In this document: positions 18,863 through 27,045 of the stretch, one piece after another
Numbering within the stretch: position 1 is the first letter of the stretch
Layout: the number at the start of each line of letters is the position of its first letter
NCBI GenBank assembly: GCA_900234795.1
Contig: LT962688.1
Coordinates: 2,220,001 to 2,252,000, forward strand
Reading direction: 5' to 3'
Origin: Methylorubrum extorquens
GTDB lineage: Bacteria; Pseudomonadota; Alphaproteobacteria; Rhizobiales; Beijerinckiaceae
Length of the DNA: 32,000 bases
Notes under the pieces: generated by a model
What the model was told of the DNA's origin: nothing
The model's database searches: none
What the model saw: the letters and a program-made list of their open reading frames with translations, nothing else
Position numbers and translations under genes: made by a program

Positions 18863-19927
18863 ATGGAGCCCGGCGACGACTGGCAACTGACGGAGCGGGT
18901 TCGCGCCAGCGTCCGTTCCGGCAAGGGCGATCCCTTCGCGGCGGCCGTGCGGGCCACGCGCATGGCGATGATCATCACGGACCCGCGCCGGCTCGACAAT
19001 CCGATCATCTACGCCAACGACGCGTTCCTGCGGCTCACCGGGTACACGCGGCTGGAGGTGACGGGCCGCAATTGCCGCTTCCTGCAGGGGCCCGGCACCG
19101 ATTTCGACGCGGTGGCGCGGATCCGTGCCGCGATCGATGCCGAGCGGGACGTGCATGAAGAGCTTCTGAACTACCGCAAGGACGGCTCGACCTTCCACAA
19201 CGCGCTGTATATCAGCCCCGTCCACGACGAGGACGGCACGCTGCTGTTCTACTTCGCCTCGCAGTTCGACGTGAGCGAGCGCCACGCGCTCGCGGCCGAG
19301 CGCGACCGGACGCGTGCCGCCCTCGACGCGAACGCCCTGCTGCTGCGCGAGATCGGACATCGCGCCCGCAACGATCTCCAGATGATCTCGGCCATGCTGA
19401 CGCTTCAGAGCGGCAACAGCGCCGATCCGGCGGTTCGCGCGGCGCTCGGCGAGGCGATCGGGCGCATCGATGCGCTCAGCACGCTCTACCGCCAGTCCGC
19501 CCCGCCGGAAGAGAGTGCGAGCCACGATCTTAGCGATCTCGTCCGCGAGATCGCCGAGACCCTGGTCGAGGCCTCGGGCCGGCGCGACATCGCGCTTGCG
19601 CTCGATCTCGCGCCACTCCGCGTCCGGCCCGAGGCGGCGGGACCGCTCGCACTCATCGTCAACGAGGTCGTTTCCAACGCCGTCCGCCACGCCTTCCCGT
19701 CCCGGGCCGGACGGCTGACCGTTCGCATCGCCCGGGATGGGGCGGAGGTCACGGTGGCGGTGGAGGATGACGGGATCGGTCCGAGCGCCACGGGCGACGG
19801 AAGCTTCGAGGCGACGCTGATCGATGTTCTGAGCCGGCAGGTCGGCGGGACGATCCGCGTCCGACCAAGCGATCCGGCGGGCACCGCCGTCGAACTCCGC
19901 TTTCCGGCCGAGCGCATCGGGGTCTAA
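18863..19927 (+). CDS. LOV-domain (blue-light, flavin-binding) sensor histidine kinase, HisKA_2 type
   Basis: LOV core [47 protein letters not shown] with the adduct Cys codon at 19073-19075. The H-box is [20 protein letters not shown], followed by an HATPase region. The start ATG 18863 is a best guess. Confidence 0.9.
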   Translation: MEPGDDWQLTERVRASVRSGKGDPFAAAVRATRMAMIITDPRRLDNPIIYANDAFLRLTGYTRLEVTGRNCRFLQGPGTDFDAVARIRAAIDAERDVHEELLNYRKDGSTFHNALYISPVHDEDGTLLFYFASQFDVSERHALAAERDRTRAALDANALLLREIGHRARNDLQMISAMLTLQSGNSADPAVRAALGEAIGRIDALSTLYRQSAPPEESASHDLSDLVREIAETLVEASGRRDIALALDLAPLRVRPEAAGPLALIVNEVVSNAVRHAFPSRAGRLTVRIARDGAEVTVAVEDDGIGPSATGDGSFEATLIDVLSRQVGGTIRVRPSDPAGTAVELRFPAERIGV

Positions 19928-19945
19928 TCCCCCACTGCTCAGACG

Positions 19946-20422
19946 TCAGTGCCGGTCGTCGGGGGCCGGCGGCAGGGGCATGACCTCGATGCCCTCCTCG
20001 ACCAGCGCCCGCGCTTCCTGCGGGCTCGCCTCGCCGTAGATCGGGCGCCCTTCCGCATCGCCGTAATGGATCGCCCGCGCCTCGTCGGCGAAGCGCTCGC
20101 CGACATCCTCGGCGGTCGAGACGACGTGCTCGCGCACGGCCCGCATCAGGGCGCGCAACTGTCGCTCCGGCTCGGCGGCGAGCATCGGCATCGGCACCCC
20201 GGCTGACGCCGCCGGAACCGGAGGCTGCGGCGTCGGCGTCTCGGCCCGGCCACGGTCGGTGCGCGCCACGGCCGGGGCCATCGGTGCCTTGGCGACTCTG
20301 GCCGAGTCGCAGAACGGACAGGTGACGAGCCCGCGGGCCGATTGCTCGTCGTAGGCCGCGTTGGAGGGAAACCAGCTCTCGAACTGGTGGCCCGAATCAC
20401 AGGCGAGAGTGAAAAGGATCAT
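19946..20422 (-). CDS. DUF1178-family protein (putative zinc-ribbon)
   Basis: 158 aa from ATG 20422: MILFTLACDSGHQFESWFPSNAAYDEQ...CPFCDS. It sits downstream of grxC and the C-N hydrolase in the same orientation. Confidence 0.78.
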   Translation of the reverse strand: MILFTLACDSGHQFESWFPSNAAYDEQSARGLVTCPFCDSARVAKAPMAPAVARTDRGRAETPTPQPPVPAASAGVPMPMLAAEPERQLRALMRAVREHVVSTAEDVGERFADEARAIHYGDAEGRPIYGEASPQEARALVEEGIEVMPLPPAPDDRH

Positions 20423-20428
20423 GACCCT

Positions 20429-20482
20429 TAGAGCATCGTCCTGGATACCGGATCCGGGAGGATGCTCTATCCTCTTTTTTTT
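20429..20482 (+). other. Long hairpin followed by a T8 run (intrinsic-terminator-like on the plus strand, probably part of a REP-like element)
   Basis: TAGAGCATCGTCC...GGAGGATGCTCTA (about 16 pairs, 1 mismatch, inner palindrome CCGGATCCGG), then TCCTC + TTTTTTTT (20475-20482). A second hairpin, CCGAAAG/CTTTCGG, lies at 20494-20518. Confidence 0.5.
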
Positions 20483-20542
20483 GCACCATCTCTTCCGAAA
20501 GCCGGAGACCACCTTTCGGGATGATGCTTAGATGGGATGGCT

Positions 20543-21388
20543 TCAGGCGCAGCGCACGCCGAAGCTGCGCGCGTGGGACAGGGTGGGAATGCGGGCGCGT
20601 GCATCCGCGACCCGCGCGAGGTCGATCTCGGCGAGGATGATGCCCGGCGCGTCGCCCTCGGCCTCGGCGAGGATGCGGCCCCAGGGATCGACGATGAGCG
20701 AGTGGCCGAAGGTCTCGCGTCCGTCCTCGTGCCGGCCCCCTTGCGCCGCCGAGATCATGAACGAGCCGGTCTCGATGGCCCGCGCCCGCTGCAGGATATG
20801 CCAGTGCGCCTCGCCGGTCTGGCGGGTGAAACAGGCCGGCGCGGTCATCACCGTGGCACCCGCCTCGGCCAGCGCCCGGTAGAGGGCGGGAAAGCGGATG
20901 TCGTAGCAGATCGTCAGCCCGAGGCTGGCGAGCGGCGTCTGCGCGACCACGGCGCAGTCGCCGCCCGAATAGGTCGCCGATTCGCGCCAGCTCTCACCGT
21001 TGGGCAGATCGACGTCGTAGAGGTGGAGCTTGTCGTAAGCCGCTTGGATCTCGCCCGCGGCGTCGATCAGAAAGGCGCGGTTGGCGATCTTCTCGCCCTC
21101 GCGGATCGCCAGCGATCCGATTTGCAGAACGATCTTTTCCGCCCGCACGACCTCGCGGAGGGCAGCAAGCGTGGCGTCGCTCTCCTGCGGCCCGACCTTT
21201 TCGAACAGGGCGGTGCGGTCGCGCTCGATCAGCGAGGTCGTCTCGGGCGTCTGCACATAGGCGGCACCCCGGCGGGCCGCCTCGCGCACCGCCTGCACGG
21301 CGGCCTCGCGGTTGGCGGCCGGATCGCGCCCGCCGCGCATCTGCACGCAGGCGGCGATGAAGGGCTTGTGGTCGGACAGGTCCGTCAT
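20543..21388 (-). CDS. Carbon-nitrogen hydrolase (Nit / omega-amidase family)
   Basis: 281 aa from ATG 21388. The catalytic triad context is QTPE, KLHLYD and LGLTICYDIRFP. The start overlaps the grxC stop (ATGA). Confidence 0.9.
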   Translation of the reverse strand: MTDLSDHKPFIAACVQMRGGRDPAANREAAVQAVREAARRGAAYVQTPETTSLIERDRTALFEKVGPQESDATLAALREVVRAEKIVLQIGSLAIREGEKIANRAFLIDAAGEIQAAYDKLHLYDVDLPNGESWRESATYSGGDCAVVAQTPLASLGLTICYDIRFPALYRALAEAGATVMTAPACFTRQTGEAHWHILQRARAIETGSFMISAAQGGRHEDGRETFGHSLIVDPWGRILAEAEGDAPGIILAEIDLARVADARARIPTLSHARSFGVRCA

Positions 21389-21642
21389 GCCGCGAGCAGC
21401 GGATCGAGATCGCCGGCCCGCTCCAGCGCGTAGAGGTCGTCGCAGCCGCCGACATGCCGGTCGCCGACGAAGATCTGCGGCACCGAGGTGCGTCCGCCGG
21501 CCCGCTGGACCATGGTCGCGCGGGAGCCCGCCGTCTTCTCGACGTCGATCTCGTTGAAGGACACGCCTTTTTCGCGCAGCAGGCTCTTGGCCGCCGAGCA
21601 ATAGGGGCACCAGGCGGTGGTGTAGATCGTGACCGGCTGCAT
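21385..21642 (-). CDS. grxC: Glutaredoxin 3
   Basis: 85 aa: VTIYTTAWCPYCSAAKSLL...VPQIFVGDRHVGGCDDL. Confidence 0.93.
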   Translation of the reverse strand: MQPVTIYTTAWCPYCSAAKSLLREKGVSFNEIDVEKTAGSRATMVQRAGGRTSVPQIFVGDRHVGGCDDLYALERAGDLDPLLAA

Positions 21643-21868
21643 GGGTCCGTCGCGTGCCCGAAAGGGGGAGAAGCGACGGATATAGGCGAGCCGCGCGGAT
21701 CTTCCTACTGCGGCCGGGTCACAGAGTCGGGCGATCGCTGCGCCGGCTCTCCGCTCAAGCGGCTTCTACAGCGCATTCCGACGAAGTGGCCACCGGTTCG
21801 TCGAAAGAATGCGCGTCGAAACATAGGCCTAGAGACGCCGGTCTGATGCAATCAGGCCGGATACGGCT

Positions 21869-22225
21869 CTAGGCGGCCAGCAGCTTCTCGACCTCGTTGA
21901 CGAGGTCGCGCAGGTGGAAGGGCTTCGAGAGCACCTTCGCATCCTTGGGCGCCTTCGAATCCGGGTTCAGCGCCACCGCAGCAAAGCCGGTGATGAACAT
22001 CACCTTGATGTCGGGATCGAGTTCGGTGGCGCGGCGCGCCAACTCGATGCCGTCCATCTCCGGCATGACGATGTCGGTCAGGAGAAGCTCGAACGGCTCC
22101 TCGCGCAGGCGATTATAGGCGGAAAGGCCGTTGTCGAAGGACAGCACGTCGTAGCCGGCGTTCTGGAGCGCCTTGGCCAGAAACCGACGCATGTCGTTGT
22201 CGTCTTCCGCGAGCAGGATCTTCAT
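21869..22225 (-). CDS. cpdR: Single-domain response regulator, CpdR-like
   Basis: 118 aa: MKILLAEDDNDMRRFLAKAL...LLLTDIVMPEMDGIELARRA...KVMFITGFAAVAL. It is a receiver domain only and closely resembles alphaproteobacterial CpdR. Confidence 0.82.
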   Translation of the reverse strand: MKILLAEDDNDMRRFLAKALQNAGYDVLSFDNGLSAYNRLREEPFELLLTDIVMPEMDGIELARRATELDPDIKVMFITGFAAVALNPDSKAPKDAKVLSKPFHLRDLVNEVEKLLAA

Positions 22226-22532
22226 CGAACGGCGTCCCGGTGCCCATGCGCCTTGGAGTGTCTCAGGAAAGGCCGGTCGCTACCATGCCGCTTGAGGGCA
22301 TGACAGCGCTGTCGGCGCTTTGCGAGAGATGCTCGGTGGGTGTTCATTTCATAAAGCGTCGGCTTGGTAAACAGAGCGTTAAACGCGCCCGGTGTCGCGA
22401 CGCACCCGACAATCGCGGGGCGATGTCCCCGCCTCTCCCGGCTCTGTGCGGCGCATGGTGGACAGGGCGGACGAGGCGCCGCAAAGTAGCGCCATGTTCC
22501 TTCCGTGCCACGGTCAGGCCCCCCGCTTCTCG

Positions 22533-23430
22533 ATGAGCCCTTCACAGCCAGACGGAGCCGAGGCGTTCGATCCACCCTTCGCCGTGGACGAGCCGGCGCA
22601 GCACGCGATCCCCTTCGTGTTCAACACGCCGCATTCCGGCGCGCATTACCCGGACTCCTTCCTCGCGGCCTCCCGGCTCGACGCGCTGGCCCTGCGCCGC
22701 TCGGAGGATGCCCATGTCGACCGGCTGTTCGCTGCGGTCGTGGGCCTCGGCGCGCCCTTGATGCGGGCGAACTTCCCCCCGCGCCTATCTCGACGTGAAC
22801 CGCGAGCCCTACGAGCTCGACCCGCGCATGTTCGCCGGCCGCCTTCCGTCCTACGCCAACACCCGCTCGATGCGGGTGGCCGGAGGGCTGGGCACGGTGC
22901 CGCGCATCGTCGCCGACGGGCAGGAGATCTACCGGGAGCGGCTACCGGTGGAGGAGGCGGTGCGGCGCATCGAGACGCTCTACAAGCCGTATCACCGAAC
23001 CCTGCGCGGCCTGATCCATCGCACGGCACGGACCTTCGGCCGGTCCTTCCTGATCGATTGCCACTCGATGCCGTCCTCGAGTCTCGGGCGCGACGAGAGC
23101 GCCCAGGCCGATTTCGTGCTCGGCGACCGCTTCGGCACGGCCTGCCTACCGGCACTGGTCGATGGGTTCGAGACCCGGCTGAGGGCTCTCGGCTACAAGG
23201 TGGTGCGCAACAAGCCCTATGCCGGCGGCTTCATCACCGAGCATTACGGCGAACCCGGCCTCGGGCGGCACGCGCTGCAGATCGAGATCAACCGGGCGCT
23301 CTACATGAACGAGCAGTCGCTGGCGCTGACGGCCGGCTTCGTCACACTCGCGGACCATCTCGCCGCGGTCATCGCCGGGGTTGCTGCCGAGACGGTCGAG
23401 CTGCCGTCCCACCGCATCGCAGCAGAGTAG
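22533..23430 (+). pseudogene. N-formylglutamate amidohydrolase-family protein, interrupted by a +1 frameshift at a C6 run (22775-22780)
   Basis: N-terminal part: PFVFNTPHSGAHYPDSF...RRSEDAHVDRLF...MRANFP. After the C run the family motif RAYLDVNREPYELDPRMF...FLIDCHSMP continues in the +1 frame (listed ORF 22795-23430). The original frame continues as Arg/Pro-rich sequence. Confidence 0.85.
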
Positions 23431-23481
23431 CCGCCCGGATCGGAACGGGGCTTTCAGCCCTCCCGACTCGACGCTTCGGAC

Positions 23482-23508
23482 AAAAAAAGGCCGCCCCGAA
23501 GGACGGCC
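23482..23508 (-). terminator. Rho-independent terminator on the minus strand (galU 3' region / candidate sRNA)
   Basis: The minus strand reads GGCCGTCC-TTCG-GGGCGGCC (8-bp stem, 1 mismatch) followed by TTTTTTT (A7 on the plus strand at 23482-23488). Confidence 0.65.
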
Positions 23509-23671
23509 CGAAGTCTAGGGAGGAAACGCCCAAGAAGGGCTGCGGGACCGCGACGCCATCGCGATCTCGCAATGCACAAATCGCATCGCGCTGCACAAAT
23601 CGCAAGGGCGATGAAACCGTTTCCACATGTGCGCCGCGCATATCTGTCCGGCAAGCGCAACGGGAACCGGA

Positions 23672-24538
23672 TCAGGCCTCGCCGAGAAGCGCGCGGATCT
23701 CCGCTTTCAGGGCATCGGCCAGTTCCGGCCGCTCCAGGCCGTAGGCGAGGTTGGCGGTGAGGAAGCCGATCTTGGACCCGGTGTCGTAGGTGCGCCCATC
23801 GAAGCGCAGCCCAAAGAATTTCTGCTCTTCGGCCAGCCGGATCATCGCGTCGGTGAGCTGGATCTCGCCGCCCGCGCCGGTCTCGCCCCGCTCCAGAATC
23901 GAGAAGATCTCGGGCTGGAGGATGTAGCGGCCGGAGATGATGTAGTTCGAGGGCGCGGTGCCCTGTTTGGGCTTCTCGACCATGCCGGTGATTTCGAAGG
24001 TCTGGCCGAAGGTCTCGCCGACGGCGACGATGCCGTACTGGTGGGTCTCCTCGGGCTTCACCTCTTCCACGGCGATGACGTTGCCGCCATGCTGCTCGTA
24101 CGCCTTCAGCATCTGGCCCATGCAGCCCCGGCTCAACATGTCGGGCAGCAGCACGGCGAAGGGTTCGTCGCCGACGATCTCACGGGCGCACCAGACGGCG
24201 TGGCCGAGGCCCAGCGGCGCCTGCTGCCGGGTGAAGCTGGTCTGGCCGGCCTTGGGCAGGTCCTTCTTCAACTCCTCGTAGGCCGCCTGCTTGCCGCGCT
24301 CCTGCAGCATGTGGTCCAATTCGAACGCGATATCGAAATGATCCTCGATCACCGCCTTGCCGCGGCCGGTTACGAAGATGAAGTGTTCGATGCCGGCCTC
24401 GCGGGCTTCATCGACGACGTGCTGGACGACCGGGCGGTCGACGACGGTGAGCATCTCCTTCGGAACGGCCTTGGTGGCCGGCAGGAAGCGCGTGCCGAGA
24501 CCCGCGACGGGAAGGACGGCCTTGCGAATTCGTTTCAT
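23672..24538 (-). CDS. galU: UTP--glucose-1-phosphate uridylyltransferase
   Basis: 288 aa from ATG 24538: [30 protein letters not shown]...VEKP. Confidence 0.93.
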   Translation of the reverse strand: MKRIRKAVLPVAGLGTRFLPATKAVPKEMLTVVDRPVVQHVVDEAREAGIEHFIFVTGRGKAVIEDHFDIAFELDHMLQERGKQAAYEELKKDLPKAGQTSFTRQQAPLGLGHAVWCAREIVGDEPFAVLLPDMLSRGCMGQMLKAYEQHGGNVIAVEEVKPEETHQYGIVAVGETFGQTFEITGMVEKPKQGTAPSNYIISGRYILQPEIFSILERGETGAGGEIQLTDAMIRLAEEQKFFGLRFDGRTYDTGSKIGFLTANLAYGLERPELADALKAEIRALLGEA

Positions 24539-24710
24539 CTGGCGGGACCCCATTTTAGCGTGTGTCGGGGCGAGCCCTGATCGACAACGGATCAAATAGC
24601 ACGCAGGCCGCCGCTAACAGCCCCGCTTGGGTTAGGATTGGCAGAATTTTGTCATAAGACGCGGCTGGCGCTTCGGCCGATGGCTGACGAAGACGGGTCA
24701 GGAGTGGACG

Positions 24711-25703
24711 ATGGCGGTTCTGGTCACGGGCGGCGCCGGTTATATCGGCAGCCACATGGTGCTCGCACTGGTCGATGCCGGGCATGAGGAGGTCGTGGTC
24801 CTCGACGACCTCTCGACCGGTTACGACTGGGTCCTGACTCCGGAAGTGCGTCTCGTCGTCGGCGACGTAGCCGACCAAGCCCTCGTCACCGAGACCATTC
24901 TGCGCCACCAGATCGACACGGTCGCGCATTTCGCGGCCAAGATCGTCGTGCCGGAATCGGTCGCCGACCCGCTCGGCTACTATCTCGCCAACACCGTGAA
25001 GACGCGCGCGCTGATCGAGACCGCGGTGCGCACGAATGTGCGGCACTTCATCTTCTCCTCGACGGCCGCCGTCTATGGCGAGCCTGAGATCGTGCCGGTG
25101 CCCGAGACCCTGGCGCCGAACCCGATCAACCCCTACGGCCGCTCGAAGCTGATGAGCGAGTGGATGCTCGCGGATGCCGCCGCCGCGCACGGCTTCACCT
25201 ACGGGGTGCTGCGCTACTTCAACGTGGCCGGGGCCGATCCGCGCGGGCGTTCCGGGCAATCGATGCCTGCGGCCACCCACCTCATCAAGGTCGCGACGCA
25301 GGCTGCGCTCGGCCAGCGCACGCATCTGGAGGTGTTCGGCACCGACTATCCCACCCGCGACGGATCCTGCCTGCGCGACTACATCCAGGTCTCGGATCTG
25401 GCCGCGGCGCATCTCACCGTGCTCGACTATCTGCGCGGCGGCGGCGACAGCCTGACCGTCAATTGCGGCTACGGCCGGGGCTACTCGGTTCTGGAGGTCG
25501 TGGAGGTGGTCAAGCGCATCTCCGGCCGCGACTTCGAGGTGCGGCTGTCGCCCCGCCGGCCCGGCGATCCGGCCCAGATCATCGCCGGCGCCGACCGCAT
25601 CCGCAACGAACTCGGCTGGACGCCGAAGTACGACGACCTCGACGTCATCGTCGCCCAGGCGCTCGCTTGGGAGGACACCCTGGCGAAGCGGAACCGGCGG
25701 TGA
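24711..25703 (+). CDS. galE: UDP-glucose 4-epimerase
   Basis: 330 aa: MAVLVTGGAGYIGSH (Rossmann fold), STAAVYG, YGRSK catalytic motif. Confidence 0.93.
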   Translation: MAVLVTGGAGYIGSHMVLALVDAGHEEVVVLDDLSTGYDWVLTPEVRLVVGDVADQALVTETILRHQIDTVAHFAAKIVVPESVADPLGYYLANTVKTRALIETAVRTNVRHFIFSSTAAVYGEPEIVPVPETLAPNPINPYGRSKLMSEWMLADAAAAHGFTYGVLRYFNVAGADPRGRSGQSMPAATHLIKVATQAALGQRTHLEVFGTDYPTRDGSCLRDYIQVSDLAAAHLTVLDYLRGGGDSLTVNCGYGRGYSVLEVVEVVKRISGRDFEVRLSPRRPGDPAQIIAGADRIRNELGWTPKYDDLDVIVAQALAWEDTLAKRNRR

Positions 25704-26881
25704 GATCACCCCGCGCCGCCCTCATCCTCGCGCTCGCGCTGCTGGCGGGGCCGGCCCGGGCGCAGGATAGCGACTTCTCCGACTTCGTCGCGTCGCTGCG
25801 CCCCGACGCCACGGCCCGCGGCATCTCGCAGCAGACCTTCGACGCGGCGTTTGCCGGCGTGCAAGGGCCGGATTCGGACGTCGTCGCCCGCACCCGCCGC
25901 CAGAGCGAGTTCAGCCGGCCGGTCTGGGACTACCTCGTCGGCGCGGTCTCGGGCGCCCGCATCACCCGCGGGCAGGCGCAGGGCAAGCGGCTCGCGGCCA
26001 CCCTCGCCGCCATCGAGGCGAAGACCGGGGTGCCGCGCTCGGTTGTGCTGGCCTTCTGGGGAGTCGAGTCGGATTTCGGTGCCAGCGCCGGCTCCCTGCC
26101 GACGATCCGGGCGCTGGCGAGCCTCGCTTACGCCCGTCACCGCGGAACCCTGTTTCGCGACGAGTTGCTGGCCGCCCTTCAGATCCTCGAGAACGGCGAT
26201 ATCGAGTCGGCGCGGATGGTCGGCTCCTGGGCTGGCGCCATGGGGCAGGTGCAGTTCCTGCCCTCGGTCTACCTGCGGGAGGCAGTCGATTTCGACGGCG
26301 ACGGACGGCGCGACATCTGGCGCTCCGAGGCCGATGCGCTGGCCTCCATCGCGCATTACCTGCAATCGCTCGGCTGGAAGCCCGGCCTGTCCTGGGGCTA
26401 CGAGGTCAGCCTGCCGAAGGATTTCGACCTGACCCGCTACCGCGGCCCGCTCGCCGACTTCGCCGCCCGCGGGGTGCGCCGCACCGACGGCAAACCCCTA
26501 CCGTCGGGCGGCGAGGCCAGCCTGTTCCTGCCGGGCGGGCTCGGGAGCCCGGTCTTCCTCATCACCGACAATTTCGAGGTGATCCGCGGCTACAACACCA
26601 GCGATTCCTACGCGCTGGCGGTCGGCCACCTCGCCGACCGGCTGGCCGGCGGCCCAGCGCTCGCCGCGCCCTGGCCCAACGGCGCCGCCCGCCTCGACGG
26701 GCCGGGCCTCAAGCGTCTCCAAGTGGGGCTCGCCGCGAAAGGGCTCTATGCCGGCGAACAGGATGGACGCGCCGGCCCGAAGCTGCGCGAGGCGGTGCGG
26801 CAGTACCAGATCCGCGAGGGCCTGCCCGCCGACGGCTACGCCCAGCCCGCGCTTCTGGAGCGCCTGGAGGGACGGCCATAA
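25700..26881 (+). CDS. mltB: Lytic murein transglycosylase (MltB/SLT_2 family) with C-terminal peptidoglycan-binding domain
   Basis: GTG 25700 overlaps the galE stop (GTGA). Signal ALILALALLAGPARAQ, then FWGVESDFG and GAMGQVQFLPSVY. The C-terminal GLYAGEQDGRAGPKLREAVRQYQ is PG_binding_1-like. Confidence 0.87.
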   Translation: MRSPRAALILALALLAGPARAQDSDFSDFVASLRPDATARGISQQTFDAAFAGVQGPDSDVVARTRRQSEFSRPVWDYLVGAVSGARITRGQAQGKRLAATLAAIEAKTGVPRSVVLAFWGVESDFGASAGSLPTIRALASLAYARHRGTLFRDELLAALQILENGDIESARMVGSWAGAMGQVQFLPSVYLREAVDFDGDGRRDIWRSEADALASIAHYLQSLGWKPGLSWGYEVSLPKDFDLTRYRGPLADFAARGVRRTDGKPLPSGGEASLFLPGGLGSPVFLITDNFEVIRGYNTSDSYALAVGHLADRLAGGPALAAPWPNGAARLDGPGLKRLQVGLAAKGLYAGEQDGRAGPKLREAVRQYQIREGLPADGYAQPALLERLEGRP

Positions 26882-27045
26882 TGTCTCTCAAAAAACTCCC
26901 GCTGCGCCGCCATCCCCAGAGGGGGCCAATGGGTGATCGGGCGCGTCGTGGGGCACGCTTAGACGCGCGCGCCTCAAGGCGCTATCCTGACCGGATGTGA
27001 GGTCGGACCCGCTCCGGCCCCTCCCCTTCGATCAAGGCTTCGCGC

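Noticed and set aside
18029-19690. 553-aa minus-strand ORF suggesting a large MsrA fusion protein
   Set aside because: Only the last 219 codons are MsrA, and they have their own ATG and RBS at 18688. The upstream 330 codons are the antisense of the LOV kinase gene and have no protein-like features.
24636-24655. Sigma-54-like TGGCAG-N5-TGTCA upstream of galE
   Set aside because: The -12 element does not match TTGC/GC (GG-N10-TC instead of GG-N10-GC). No enhancer-binding protein gene is nearby, and galE is not an expected RpoN target.
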